A stretch of 64,000 bases of DNA from a virus (IMGVR_UViG_3300049460_000121:203468-267467); one strand, 5' to 3'; positions 27,349 through 36,489 are shown, numbered from the stretch's first letter. Program-made: numbers and translations. The notes: generated by a model from the letters alone, not told the origin.

Positions 27349-27368
27349 ATATGAGTTAACCGCCACCC
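27349..27368 (+). promoter_or_regulatory. ATATGAGTTAACCGCCACCC motif, second copy of the 3248 motif, 35 nt upstream of the helicase ATG
   Basis: Same ATGAGTTAAC...CCACC sequence and identical spacing to the start codon as at 3251. Confidence 0.45.
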
Positions 27369-27385
27369 ATTCGAAGGACTACCAG

Positions 27386-29929
27386 ATGTTCGCCGCGCTC
27401 AAGCAACGACTCGGGATTATCTCCGTGTCGACCACCCCGACCTACATTGTAGTGCAGGGTATTGACACGATGAAGCTGTTCAAAGACATCTATGCCTGCT
27501 GGGGCAGCACTGTCATCCAGAAAAACATGTTTTCCATTGCCCGAAGTTCTGAGCTGCGCATGCGTCACTTCTTCGGCCTGGACTTCCTTTATATCCTTGA
27601 GACACTCTACAACGCTCCGCAAACACGGTTGCCTCGCCGCGTCATCAGGAAGATCATCGACGAGCTCAAGCTGCAAACCTGGCTGGGGCAGATCGATCGT
27701 GGCGTGCAGTCCATCACTGACATGTCGGTGGTTGACAAGCAGATCCCTTACCCCCTCAAGCCGTTCCAGAAAGGCTTTGTGGAACACTTCGGGATCATGG
27801 TACCGGCTTACCGTCTGAAGGGCTACATGCTCGATGCAGGACCTGGTACGGGCAAGACCCTGACCAACCTGATCTTGGGTGCAGCGCTGCATGCCGAGAA
27901 GGTGATCATCCTCACACCGAAGAACGCGGTCAACCGTGTGTGGGAAGATTCGATCAAGGATCTGTTGCTCAACAAGAAGTCGTATTGGGTATCCACGTCC
28001 GGTGAAATGCCGACCATGGATCACCACTACTACATCTGCCACTACGAGTCGCTGGAGATTCTCCTCAACTTCATCAAGATGCATTCTCCGCAGCTGAAGA
28101 ACATCTTCGTGGCGTTGGACGAATCCCACAACTTCAACCGCATCGATGCACAGCGGACGCAGATGTTCATTGAACTCTGCCAGATGAAGTGCGTGTCCTG
28201 GGCGAACTGGGCCTCGGGTACTCCGATCCTGGCTCTGGGCGTGGAATGCATTCCGTTCCTCAAGTGTATCGACCCACTCTTCGACCAAGAGTCTGAAGAC
28301 CGTTTCCGCAAGATCTGGGGTCGTGACGCCAAGCGTGCCAACGACATCCTGCGTAACCGGATCGGTCACTTGAAGTATCACGTTCCTAAACAGGACGTGG
28401 TCGACATCGTGGTCACCACCACACAGCACCTGGTCAAGATCCCTAACGGGATGGAGTTCACGCTCAACGCCATCGGCGAACGGATGAAGAAATTCATCGA
28501 AGAGCGGCGCAAGTACTACAAGGAGAACTTCGGCAAGTACCGGATGGATTACAACCGGGCACTGGAAGACTTCAAGCTCACCCTCAAATCACCTCAGGAA
28601 CGTTTGGCGTTTGCCAAGTACCAGGAGTGCTTCAAGACGGTGTCCTCGGGGTTTGATGCCAAGCTCATGAAGGAAGAGGCGGCGTACTGCAACAGTTACG
28701 AGTTGCGGACCATCATGCCGACCCTCCACCCGACTGAGAAGCCGTTGTTCAAATCGGCTCGTTCGGTATTGAAGTACGTTGACCTCAAGATCATGGGTGA
28801 AGCGTTGGGCGGTATCCTCGGTCGTGAGCGGACACGTTGCCACGTTGAGATGTTGCCTCACATCGACTTCAGTCGTTTCATTGACGATGCGAAGAAGAAG
28901 ACGCTGATCTTCACGAGCTTCGTCGAAGTGGTCGAGAAGTCCAACACGATCCTGGCTGAGTTGGGTTACGATCCAGCGCTGGTCTACGGAGCAACCAACA
29001 AGGACCTGGCTTCTATTGTAGCCAAGTTCTACAAGCTCCCTGACCTCAACCCTCTGGTAGCAACGTATCAGTCGTTGTCGACTGCTGTGCCTCTTACAGC
29101 GGCCAACCAACTGCTGTTGCTCAACCAACCGTTCCGTTCGGGTATCCGGGAACAGACCGTAGCGCGTGCTGCTCGTCTGGGTCAGGATGAACCGGTGGGC
29201 GTGGTGGATGTCTTGCTCGACACTGGGGATCTGCCAAACATCTCCACTCGCAGCAACGACATCATGGAATGGTCGCAACAACAGGTGGCTTCCATCATCG
29301 GCGTGCAGAACGTCGACTTGGACAGCTTGGCATTGGAAGCTCGTGAAGGTGAACTTGATGGCCATGACTTCATCACTGAACTTGCCCTTGAAGCGGCAGA
29401 CGTTACGCTCTCGTTGGAATCAGCTGCTCCTGTTAGTAGCAACCAATCCACCCTTACCACCGCAACCTCCGATCGCCTGCCTGCTTTTCTGTATCACGGT
29501 AGCATGTATCAACAAGATGAGTTGATGCCGGGTTTCAAGCGTTCGGGTGAGTTGGTCAAGTGGGATGGGTGTGAAGACAACACCTGGCTGTATTCCACTG
29601 CGGATCGTGAAGAAGCGGTCCTGCTCGGCATCTCCTCGGCAATCGAGAAGCAGGCTGGGCTCAAGCGCTACAGTCACGTTGCGGGTAGCAAGGTTATCAA
29701 CGTCGAGTTCTACGAGAATCCGATGCAGATGGATCAGATCTACCGCTTGCCGATCTACCTGTACTCGTTGCAGGGCGATAAGCACGACGGCTGGATGCCT
29801 AACTACAATGCCAGCAATGGAATGGTGAGTGAATACAAAACTCAACAGACCATCAGCGGTGGCGTAGCGCGGTGTGAAGCGATTGATGTTCGTAGTTTCC
29901 TCCACGGATGGCGGATCAACATCAAGTAA
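27386..29929 (+). CDS. SNF2/DEAD-like superfamily-2 helicase (847 aa) with an about 250-aa C-terminal extension of unknown function
   Basis: Walker A GPGTGKT, motif II DESHN, and helicase C-terminal motif VI QTVARAARLGQ. The antisense 357-aa ORF was rejected. Confidence 0.7.
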   Translation: MFAALKQRLGIISVSTTPTYIVVQGIDTMKLFKDIYACWGSTVIQKNMFSIARSSELRMRHFFGLDFLYILETLYNAPQTRLPRRVIRKIIDELKLQTWLGQIDRGVQSITDMSVVDKQIPYPLKPFQKGFVEHFGIMVPAYRLKGYMLDAGPGTGKTLTNLILGAALHAEKVIILTPKNAVNRVWEDSIKDLLLNKKSYWVSTSGEMPTMDHHYYICHYESLEILLNFIKMHSPQLKNIFVALDESHNFNRIDAQRTQMFIELCQMKCVSWANWASGTPILALGVECIPFLKCIDPLFDQESEDRFRKIWGRDAKRANDILRNRIGHLKYHVPKQDVVDIVVTTTQHLVKIPNGMEFTLNAIGERMKKFIEERRKYYKENFGKYRMDYNRALEDFKLTLKSPQERLAFAKYQECFKTVSSGFDAKLMKEEAAYCNSYELRTIMPTLHPTEKPLFKSARSVLKYVDLKIMGEALGGILGRERTRCHVEMLPHIDFSRFIDDAKKKTLIFTSFVEVVEKSNTILAELGYDPALVYGATNKDLASIVAKFYKLPDLNPLVATYQSLSTAVPLTAANQLLLLNQPFRSGIREQTVARAARLGQDEPVGVVDVLLDTGDLPNISTRSNDIMEWSQQQVASIIGVQNVDLDSLALEAREGELDGHDFITELALEAADVTLSLESAAPVSSNQSTLTTATSDRLPAFLYHGSMYQQDELMPGFKRSGELVKWDGCEDNTWLYSTADREEAVLLGISSAIEKQAGLKRYSHVAGSKVINVEFYENPMQMDQIYRLPIYLYSLQGDKHDGWMPNYNASNGMVSEYKTQQTISGGVARCEAIDVRSFLHGWRINIK

Positions 29930-29933
29930 GCAA

Positions 29934-29983
29934 CAAAAAAAGAAAGTCTAGATGCAGGAGCTCACGCTCCTGCATCTATGCTG
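29934..29983. terminator. stereotyped terminator T7 (ACAAAAAAAGAAAG, hairpin TCTAGATGCAGGAGC-tcac-GCTCCTGCATCTA, then TGCTG)
   Basis: Lies between the helicase end and the end of minus gene 29988. Confidence 0.7.
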
Positions 29984-29987
29984 TTTA

Positions 29988-30257
29988 TTATCCCTTAGGC
30001 TTCAGGTTAAGTACGTTATTCACTGGGACCGGTTTGGTGAGTTGGTCGGCGTATGCCACACCAGCCTCATCAAGCACTGCCTGTACGAGTTTGATGAACT
30101 CCTCACTAGGCTTGTTCACCAGGCTGTCGTCGATCATTTTCCGAATCTCCTCAGGACTATGTCCCGTTTGGAACAGGACCTTCGACAGGTGCATTCGAAG
30201 CATCTGTACGGCGAACACCCACGGGATGGTCAACTCTCGTTTCGTATTGTCCCACAT
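29988..30257 (-). CDS. hypothetical protein (89 aa)
   Basis: Tracked ORF; the stop abuts the terminator (TAAACAGCATAGAT). Confidence 0.45.
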   Translation of the reverse strand: MWDNTKRELTIPWVFAVQMLRMHLSKVLFQTGHSPEEIRKMIDDSLVNKPSEEFIKLVQAVLDEAGVAYADQLTKPVPVNNVLNLKPKG

Positions 30258-30258
30258 C

Positions 30259-30681
30259 TTACTTCCCCTTCTTCATGATCGTGTTGAACCAAGCCATGTT
30301 GGACTTGATCTCAGAGCGGGCAACCGACGCCATGGCCGACATCATCAGGTCGCAGTCAGGCATGCTCCAAGTCGCTGGAACTTCAATGCCGTGAGTCTCG
30401 CAGTGATGACGATAGTGCATCAGGATCATGGCTTGATCCGCGAGCATGCCAGGATAGAAGTAACCTTCTTCGAAGATGGCTTTCAGATAGTCCTGTACTG
30501 GCACGTAGCTGGTGATGTTGCCCTTCTCGTCGTGCAGGCGGGCATAGATGTCGTCTACATCCACGTTGCCTTCCAGCACATTCCAGAGGCCTTCGTCACG
30601 GGCACGTTGGAAAGTGAACAGTGCGCCTTCACGATCGTGAAAGTGTTCTTCGTTGTACTTAACTGCGTTTGGGAAACTCAT
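30259..30681 (-). CDS. hypothetical protein (140 aa)
   Basis: Tracked ORF; GGAGG-type SD. Confidence 0.5.
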   Translation of the reverse strand: MSFPNAVKYNEEHFHDREGALFTFQRARDEGLWNVLEGNVDVDDIYARLHDEKGNITSYVPVQDYLKAIFEEGYFYPGMLADQAMILMHYRHHCETHGIEVPATWSMPDCDLMMSAMASVARSEIKSNMAWFNTIMKKGK

Positions 30682-30729
30682 GCCGACCTCCTCGGTCTTA
30701 GGTTGGGGAGGTTGCCCTCCCCGGTTAAA

Positions 30730-31326
30730 TTACTGGTTGGAGTACCAGTCGAAGATAACCTTGGCGTTACCACCAAGTTCATCCCTGGTCTTTACCAGCG
30801 CAGCGTAGGCCGCGTCACCACGACGTTGTACCGAGTAGTCATCCGAATACCCAGTGTGCCAGTCGTTGGCCTCGCACGCCGCCTTGAAAGCTTCCTCAGC
30901 TTCCGTCAATACCCAGTCCGCCATCCGTTTCTCAAACGGCTTGTCGCCCATCAGCTTCGCCCAGCTTTCATAGCCGTGGGTGTTAAGCCAATGCTTGAGA
31001 GGAAGTGGGTCGATGGCCTGGTAGCCAGACTCGTTAGTCCAACTGGCAGGCACGCCTCGATGGAACGTGATGCGCATATACCGCTCAGCGATCACGATCT
31101 TATCCTTCTCCACCTCGATCCGAGTCAAAGGACTCTTCGGAGTGTAGCCTTTCAACACCTCGAAGTTGCTCGACGAGATGTGCAGTTCGATAACCGCGCC
31201 ACCAGCGCCCATCGATTTCGCCAGACGGGGTTCGCAAAGACCAGCAGCGAAAGTGCCACCGATAACGAACATCTCCTTAGTCAGGCCGATGGTGTAGATG
31301 ACGTAGTTGATTGATGAATAATCCAT
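30730..31326 (-). CDS. hypothetical protein (198 aa)
   Basis: Tracked ORF. Confidence 0.5.
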   Translation of the reverse strand: MDYSSINYVIYTIGLTKEMFVIGGTFAAGLCEPRLAKSMGAGGAVIELHISSSNFEVLKGYTPKSPLTRIEVEKDKIVIAERYMRITFHRGVPASWTNESGYQAIDPLPLKHWLNTHGYESWAKLMGDKPFEKRMADWVLTEAEEAFKAACEANDWHTGYSDDYSVQRRGDAAYAALVKTRDELGGNAKVIFDWYSNQ

Positions 31327-31388
31327 GATGCTGACCTCCTCGGTCTCAATAGAACTGGGAGAGGTTATCCCCTCCCAGGTATAGCTAA

Positions 31389-31682
31389 TTACAGGTGGTT
31401 AAATTCCACCCCACGATTGGTGTAAACCAATCCGTCAAGCTCGACCTGTTGGACATCCTCCAACCAAGCCCGCTCAGAACTCCACCCTTCCAGGCGGCCA
31501 ATGAGTTTACCCTCAACATCGAACACAACTGGCAAGCAGTCATCTTCGATCTTCCCGTCATTACTGAAGAACTTAATAGTCCCAGCTTTGACGTAGAATG
31601 ACCCATCCTTTCCAGCGTACTGGATAGGGTTCAAGAAAACCTTGTTTACAGCTTGTTGCAGTTTCATTTCGCCAGCGTTCAT
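31389..31682 (-). CDS. hypothetical protein (97 aa)
   Basis: Start set at MNAGEMK, preceded by GAGGAGG. Confidence 0.5.
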   Translation of the reverse strand: MNAGEMKLQQAVNKVFLNPIQYAGKDGSFYVKAGTIKFFSNDGKIEDDCLPVVFDVEGKLIGRLEGWSSERAWLEDVQQVELDGLVYTNRGVEFNHL

Positions 31683-31711
31683 ACATGTCCTCCTCGGACT
31701 CATTATGGATG

Positions 31712-31748
31712 TTGCATGACCATTATGTATGACTGAAATAAAGTTAAC
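31712..31748 (-). promoter_or_regulatory. promoter-like motif copy (minus reading TTTCAGTCATACATAATGGTCATGCAACATCC)
   Basis: Immediately downstream, in the minus transcription sense, of terminator 31750..31799, and about 50 nt upstream of the ATG at 31682. Confidence 0.5.
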
Positions 31749-31749
31749 T

Positions 31750-31799
31750 GAAAAAAGAAAGGGACATAGGCTAGCGGGAATCCCGCTAGCCGTATGCTG
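31750..31799 (-). terminator. stereotyped terminator T8 (GAAAAAAGAAAGGG, hairpin GGCTAGCGGG-aat-CCCGCTAGCC, then GTATGCTG)
   Basis: The stop codon of 31801..32100 directly abuts it. Confidence 0.7.
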
Positions 31800-31800
31800 T

Positions 31801-32100
31801 TTACGCTTCCTGCTTTTCGTTGAACTTCAGGAAGTCGTTGCCGTTTGACACGTCGAAGGAACGCCAGCCGTTACGAGTGACATAATCCCACACGTTAACT
31901 CGCATCAACCCCCAGGCCACAATCCCGACAAGTTGACGGGGAGTGGTGATATGGTTTGAGTTGTTGTGTACAGGCTCGGCCTCGCGAACGGTGAGATCGA
32001 TACCATCCTTCTTGAGCCATTCGGCAATCTCGACCTCGTTAGTCCCGTCCCACTGGATGGCCTGGAAGACTACCCGACTACGATAGTGAGCGACTGGCAT
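31801..32100 (-). CDS. hypothetical protein (99 aa), tandem paralogue of 32100..32369
   Basis: Shared N-terminal motif YRS....A.QW.G.N.E..E.L. Confidence 0.5.
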   Translation of the reverse strand: MPVAHYRSRVVFQAIQWDGTNEVEIAEWLKKDGIDLTVREAEPVHNNSNHITTPRQLVGIVAWGLMRVNVWDYVTRNGWRSFDVSNGNDFLKFNEKQEA

Positions 32101-32369
32101 TACGCCACCTCTTCGATGCGTTCGTAGTACGTAGCGAACGTCTCGGCCGAGTTGTGGCTGACATGACCTTCATCATCGAGCGTAATGAAGTCGCCTTTCT
32201 TGACGCGGATAGTGCCCCAGTCGGTTGCGATGTGCATACCCATGCCGGTAGGAGACACGTCGTAAACACGACCTTTGTCACCGAGGAACTCTTTCACTTC
32301 GCCGGTGTTGGAACCCACCCATTGAACTGCGTCGATGGTCTTGTTACTGCGGTAACGAGTTTTGCTCAC
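32100..32369 (-). CDS. hypothetical protein (89 aa), tandem paralogue of 31801..32100
   Basis: N-terminus MSKTRYRSNKTIDAVQWVGSNTGEVKEFL. Confidence 0.5.
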   Translation of the reverse strand: MSKTRYRSNKTIDAVQWVGSNTGEVKEFLGDKGRVYDVSPTGMGMHIATDWGTIRVKKGDFITLDDEGHVSHNSAETFATYYERIEEVA

Positions 32370-32958
32370 TCTCAGCCTCCTTCTCTACATTGTAGCCATC
32401 AGTGGTCGACAGTAACGGCTCCAGATGTTCGGAACCGTACGCACGACGCGTATAGAAGACCACCCGGATGCGTTGCTTGATGCTACGCATGTTCTCCAGG
32501 AGTTGCTCCTGTGTCCACTCGAAATCCTCACCGATCAGCTGCTTCGTGATCAGTTCGTCTGCCATCCCCTCAGATTTCAAGAAGTCGGCGAACAGGTCAA
32601 TCAATGTCGACTTACCGCAATTAGGACCGCCGATCACAGCGAAGCCCGTGTGGCGAGGTTCGAAGAGGTGTTGTACTGCCGGACGGACAAGAGGTTTTGG
32701 TGCTGGACGACCCTGGTCCAATACGAACGGAGTGCCCAGGCGGTGTTCGCTGAGGAGGAAGCGTGTACCCACACCCGCTGCAACATCCTCCTCCTTTTCT
32801 CCCGGTAGGTAAGGCTCATTATCGCTGGCCGGCACGTTCGACAGGTCGACGTCGAAGTTGATCTCGCTGAGTATCATGCCAAACTTGCGGGCGATGTAAG
32901 AACGGTTAGTGTGGACGCCTGCGGTGATGATGATGCGTACGATTGTTTTATCAGCCAT
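32344..32958 (-). CDS. P-loop NTPase-like protein (204 aa; Walker A GGPNCGKST in mid-protein)
   Basis: Tracked ORF. The Walker A motif sits near residue 118 and the family is unclear. Confidence 0.45.
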   Translation of the reverse strand: MADKTIVRIIITAGVHTNRSYIARKFGMILSEINFDVDLSNVPASDNEPYLPGEKEEDVAAGVGTRFLLSEHRLGTPFVLDQGRPAPKPLVRPAVQHLFEPRHTGFAVIGGPNCGKSTLIDLFADFLKSEGMADELITKQLIGEDFEWTQEQLLENMRSIKQRIRVVFYTRRAYGSEHLEPLLSTTDGYNVEKEAESEQNSLPQ

Positions 32959-32960
32959 GA

Positions 32961-33146
32961 TTATTCCATCGGAGCCAAACGGTTGCGTTCATAGACGACA
33001 AAGTCACCTACACTGTATTTCCAAAGACGCGCAGTTGGTATCTCGTTCTCAGGAACGTTGAGGTGTTTGGCAAGAGCTGCCACCCCTCCGATCTCATCTT
33101 GGGACTCCGCGTCTTTGTTGTAAACCAGGAACTTGCGTTCAGTCAT
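32961..33146 (-). CDS. small hypothetical protein (61 aa)
   Basis: Tracked ORF in the operon frame. Confidence 0.35.
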   Translation of the reverse strand: MTERKFLVYNKDAESQDEIGGVAALAKHLNVPENEIPTARLWKYSVGDFVVYERNRLAPME

Positions 33147-33765
33147 CCAGGTTACCCGTCCCCATCATCTGGGAACCAAGACCTGGTTCGAGGTAACCGA
33201 TGGTGCGGATAGGCTCTATGCCCGACGTCTGGGAACCCATGATGCGGCTTACAACACCGCGTTCTTGCAGATCAACCGGTTCGCGATCCAACGCCTTCAT
33301 GCGATCCAGCTGCTCCTTGACGTCTGGCGTCAGTGGAAGCATTCGACCCAGGACTTGCTGGTTAGGAGTATCGAGCGCAGCCAGGGTATCGTTATACGCC
33401 TGGTCGTCGATGCGCGGTGGCAACAGTATCGAATCAGGTTGATGATCCGCATTGAAGCCGTGCATTACCACCAACTCCACTTCCTCGCCAGACGACTTAC
33501 GAAAGGCACGACCGATCACCTGAGGGTCGAAACCACCAGCCGAGTTACGACAGCTGGCATGGTGACGCTCTTTCAACTGTTCAGCAAACTCAGCCGTCAC
33601 GAAAGCGTACTGCTTGCTACCGCCACGGTCACTGAAACCGTAGACGTCGTAGCCTTTCAGCTTCATGGCTTCGAGGAGGATCTTAGCGAACTCCTCGTCT
33701 TGACTGTGAAGCTCTACGACGTGGTAGCCGTCCTCAGCCTTGAAATCATCTTGCAGTTTGAACAT
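33139..33765 (-). CDS. hypothetical protein (208 aa)
   Basis: Tracked ORF. Confidence 0.5.
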   Translation of the reverse strand: MFKLQDDFKAEDGYHVVELHSQDEEFAKILLEAMKLKGYDVYGFSDRGGSKQYAFVTAEFAEQLKERHHASCRNSAGGFDPQVIGRAFRKSSGEEVELVVMHGFNADHQPDSILLPPRIDDQAYNDTLAALDTPNQQVLGRMLPLTPDVKEQLDRMKALDREPVDLQERGVVSRIMGSQTSGIEPIRTIGYLEPGLGSQMMGTGNLDD

Positions 33766-34063
33766 GGTCTACTCCGAATCGGTGAATATGTGGGGTTGGT
33801 TTCCAGCCATCCAGGGACAGCGACATCATTTGTTTCAGAATCGGTAACATGGCGATGTGTGCTGCGCGCGGCTGGACGACGTCGGTAAAACCTTTGGGTG
33901 CTGAAACGAACCCTGCCGTGACACGTCGAATGACAGGTGGTTCGCTGAAGTAGCCATCGAAATCCAGGTAGACTCTGGGGGCTTCTAAGCAGCGATAGTT
34001 CACCTTGATGACATTGACGTCCCAAGGAAGGGCTAGCGGTATATGGAACCGCCAGCCACTCAC
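33746..34063 (-). CDS. hypothetical protein (105 aa)
   Basis: Tracked ORF filling the gap between neighbours. Confidence 0.35.
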   Translation of the reverse strand: MSGWRFHIPLALPWDVNVIKVNYRCLEAPRVYLDFDGYFSEPPVIRRVTAGFVSAPKGFTDVVQPRAAHIAMLPILKQMMSLSLDGWKPTPHIHRFGVDHVQTAR

Positions 34064-34065
34064 GA

Positions 34066-34635
34066 CTAGGCGTCCTCGCTGAGCGGTTGGTAATGGGTGA
34101 CGGAGAGCTTGCCGCAGCGCAGGTGGAAGGTGTTGCCGCTGTCACCACGGCGACTGATCGTCATGACGGTGGTCCAACCCAACTTGACTTCTTTCACCAT
34201 GGACATCATCAGGTCGACTTCCACCGAACCATTGCCCAACATCTTGAGTGCATTGAGGACTTCATCACGTCCCTCGATGTTGTAGTTCTTCATGCCTGGA
34301 ATGGCAACGTCCACCACGGGGAGTTCGTTCCACTTACGCAGATACTCCAGCGCCGTTGGATAACTCCAGGCATGTACCATGGTGTCGTCTTTGGTGACGT
34401 CATCTTCGGTCACCAGGCCGCGGCGGTTAGTCGAAGACCAGTCGATGTAGATGACGCGCTTGCGCCAGCCAATGGTGATGGTCCCACTTGGAACTTGAAC
34501 AGCCCACCACGGGGATTCAGCACGGGCGCTGTCGTAGTTCGGATGATCAGGCCAATATTGGTTACGGACCTGATTGATGCCGGTGTGTTCAATCTTGCCG
34601 AGGAACAGCAGGGATTTGACTTCATCGTATTTCAT
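34066..34635 (-). CDS. hypothetical protein (189 aa)
   Basis: Tracked ORF. Confidence 0.5.
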   Translation of the reverse strand: MKYDEVKSLLFLGKIEHTGINQVRNQYWPDHPNYDSARAESPWWAVQVPSGTITIGWRKRVIYIDWSSTNRRGLVTEDDVTKDDTMVHAWSYPTALEYLRKWNELPVVDVAIPGMKNYNIEGRDEVLNALKMLGNGSVEVDLMMSMVKEVKLGWTTVMTISRRGDSGNTFHLRCGKLSVTHYQPLSEDA

Positions 34636-34649
34636 ATTCGAATTCCTTA

Positions 34650-34928
34650 TTACTCGAGGTTCTTGAGGCGTTCTTTGGCGAGCTCGGTGATGTGTTGGAA
34701 GAACACCTCACGAAACTCATCCCTGACGCGACTATGTACGAACTTGTAGATGTCGTTGAGCATCATGTTGTACCGAAGGACATCATCGACCATAGCGGAC
34801 ACTACCGCTTCCGAGAAGTCTTTGGCGTAAGGGGCACCGAGAAGTTTGTCGATACCCTGAAGCTTGAGTTTGAGGTCACCAACCGCAGCGTCGAGAAGAT
34901 CGAGCTGTTCTTTCAGTTCGTTATCCAT
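34650..34928 (-). CDS. hypothetical protein (92 aa)
   Basis: Tracked ORF. Confidence 0.45.
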   Translation of the reverse strand: MDNELKEQLDLLDAAVGDLKLKLQGIDKLLGAPYAKDFSEAVVSAMVDDVLRYNMMLNDIYKFVHSRVRDEFREVFFQHITELAKERLKNLE

Positions 34929-34937
34929 GATGATGTC

Positions 34938-35267
34938 CTATTTAGAGAGCCTACGAGTATCTCCTCTACCCCATCGGTGTGGTTTATGTCCGCGCCGATG
35001 TTCCAGATACGGAATGTGAGTATACTTGTGGGCTGGGTTAGGTTTGACTCCTCGGATGTCGTACAGCCTCCCACCGACTTCCGTGTAAACGTGTCCCTCC
35101 ACGTACGCATAGCGGATTTCCGCTTCAGGTCGGATGCTCCGAATAATCAGCGCGAAGTTGTAGCACTGACCTTCGGAGTAGAGTCGGACCATGTCGGGAT
35201 GACTGTTACGGATAGCGCTGATGAACCTGAGGAGTTCTTGATCCACTGGGTAATAGCACTTACCCAT
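34938..35267 (-). CDS. hypothetical protein (109 aa, His/Arg-rich)
   Basis: Tracked ORF. Confidence 0.45.
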   Translation of the reverse strand: MGKCYYPVDQELLRFISAIRNSHPDMVRLYSEGQCYNFALIIRSIRPEAEIRYAYVEGHVYTEVGGRLYDIRGVKPNPAHKYTHIPYLEHRRGHKPHRWGRGDTRRLSK

Positions 35268-35269
35268 GT

Positions 35270-35932
35270 TTACAGCTTACCTTGCCCAGTCGCTGGCAAC
35301 GTGTCCTGACCGATGGCCGGTTGGACCACTTGTACGACTTCGGAGTCGCCTTCCAGGAATGTGCCACCGTTGGTGATCTCTGGGAAGATGTGGAGCATCG
35401 CCTCTTCCACGGCATTGCAGTCGTCGCCTTCACCGCGGAGCATGCTGCGCTCGTAACCGAACTTCTCTTCGATCTCGGCATAGGTCAGCGAGCGTACCCA
35501 CTCGAAGCAACCGTGTGGATCTGGATCACCGTCTTCAGCCACCAATAACACCTTGAACCAGTTGGTCGGACAGGTGCCGCTGTTGACCCAGTATTCCTGG
35601 TCCAGGCTGATGACGCCACTGCGCACGTAGTACGCCTGCTCGACCACCATGTAGAGTTCTTCGTCAGGACGCTTGACCAGCATCAGACCGTAGTACTGTT
35701 TAGGGTCGATGACCTTGAAGTCGATGTCAGTTGGCGAATGCACGAAGAACTCGTACGAGACGTCGCAGCCTTTGCAGGTCTGTTCGAAGGTTGGCGGTTT
35801 GCCTTCAGCCTTCTTACGGTCGCTGAGAACATAGTTCACGTACCAGCCGACATTGATGTCTTCTTTACATTTCGGGCAGACGCACACGGTCAACTGTTTG
35901 GTTTGCATCTTGTTGGTGGTTTGCAGTTCCAT
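35270..35932 (-). CDS. zinc-ribbon-containing hypothetical protein (220 aa; CPKC...CKGC)
   Basis: Tracked ORF with two CxxC pairs near the N-terminus. Confidence 0.5.
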   Translation of the reverse strand: MELQTTNKMQTKQLTVCVCPKCKEDINVGWYVNYVLSDRKKAEGKPPTFEQTCKGCDVSYEFFVHSPTDIDFKVIDPKQYYGLMLVKRPDEELYMVVEQAYYVRSGVISLDQEYWVNSGTCPTNWFKVLLVAEDGDPDPHGCFEWVRSLTYAEIEEKFGYERSMLRGEGDDCNAVEEAMLHIFPEITNGGTFLEGDSEVVQVVQPAIGQDTLPATGQGKL

Positions 35933-35951
35933 GATGTTCCTTATGTCTTGT

Positions 35952-36278
35952 TCAGACTAGATTGACGGTTGGCCAGTCACAGTGGCCAATGGTACCGACG
36001 TTGACGTAGCCAGCGCCGCGGGTGGTAGTGACCTCTAACGTGCGAATCACCTTCACGCCATCGATCACTAGGTTGGGGAAACCGACCTTCTTCGGGAAGA
36101 TCGGATAGATCGGCTCATTCACTTTCATGAAGGAGTAACGTTCCCAGCGCTGCTGCACTAGCGCTCTGTTCGTCTTGCCGGTTTGCCTACCCCAGGCTAC
36201 TGCGAGACCTAGTCTATTTAGGTACACGGCGGCGCTGCTCCCACAGATTGACGGCCATTTCGAGTACTGCACAGACAA
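35952..36278 (-). CDS. hypothetical protein (at most 108 aa; start uncertain)
   Basis: Overlaps 36214..36489 in another frame, so the real start is probably further downstream. Confidence 0.3.
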   Translation of the reverse strand: MSVQYSKWPSICGSSAAVYLNRLGLAVAWGRQTGKTNRALVQQRWERYSFMKVNEPIYPIFPKKVGFPNLVIDGVKVIRTLEVTTTRGAGYVNVGTIGHCDWPTVNLV

Positions 36279-36489
36279 CGAGGACGATGCAGTAAAGCAT
36301 GCCCGTCACAATGGCCAGCGGCCACAGTGTCATCATCCACCAGTACTGACGTTCGCTGAAAGCAATCAAGCCTTCGCCACGCCGGTTGTTCAAGTGGGGA
36401 CGTTTCTTGTAGAACTGATGCCGGTGGATGTGGAGACCAACCGCTACGAAGGCCCAGATGTCGAACATGATAAACAGGGTAATAAGCAT
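36214..36489 (-). CDS. small membrane protein (91 aa, multiple TM)
   Basis: Tracked ORF; its start and the upstream stop overlap as TAATG. Confidence 0.45.
   Translation of the reverse strand: MLITLFIMFDIWAFVAVGLHIHRHQFYKKRPHLNNRRGEGLIAFSERQYWWMMTLWPLAIVTGMLYCIVLVVCAVLEMAVNLWEQRRRVPK

Noticed and set aside
27356-28429. 357-aa minus-strand ORF antisense to the helicase gene
   Set aside because: The plus frame carries Walker A, DESH and motif VI helicase signatures, so the minus ORF is an antisense shadow.
29908-31314. 468-aa plus-strand ORF spanning four minus-strand genes
   Set aside because: It runs through a stereotyped terminator and through well-supported minus genes that have SDs and ATGA coupling, so it is a shadow ORF.
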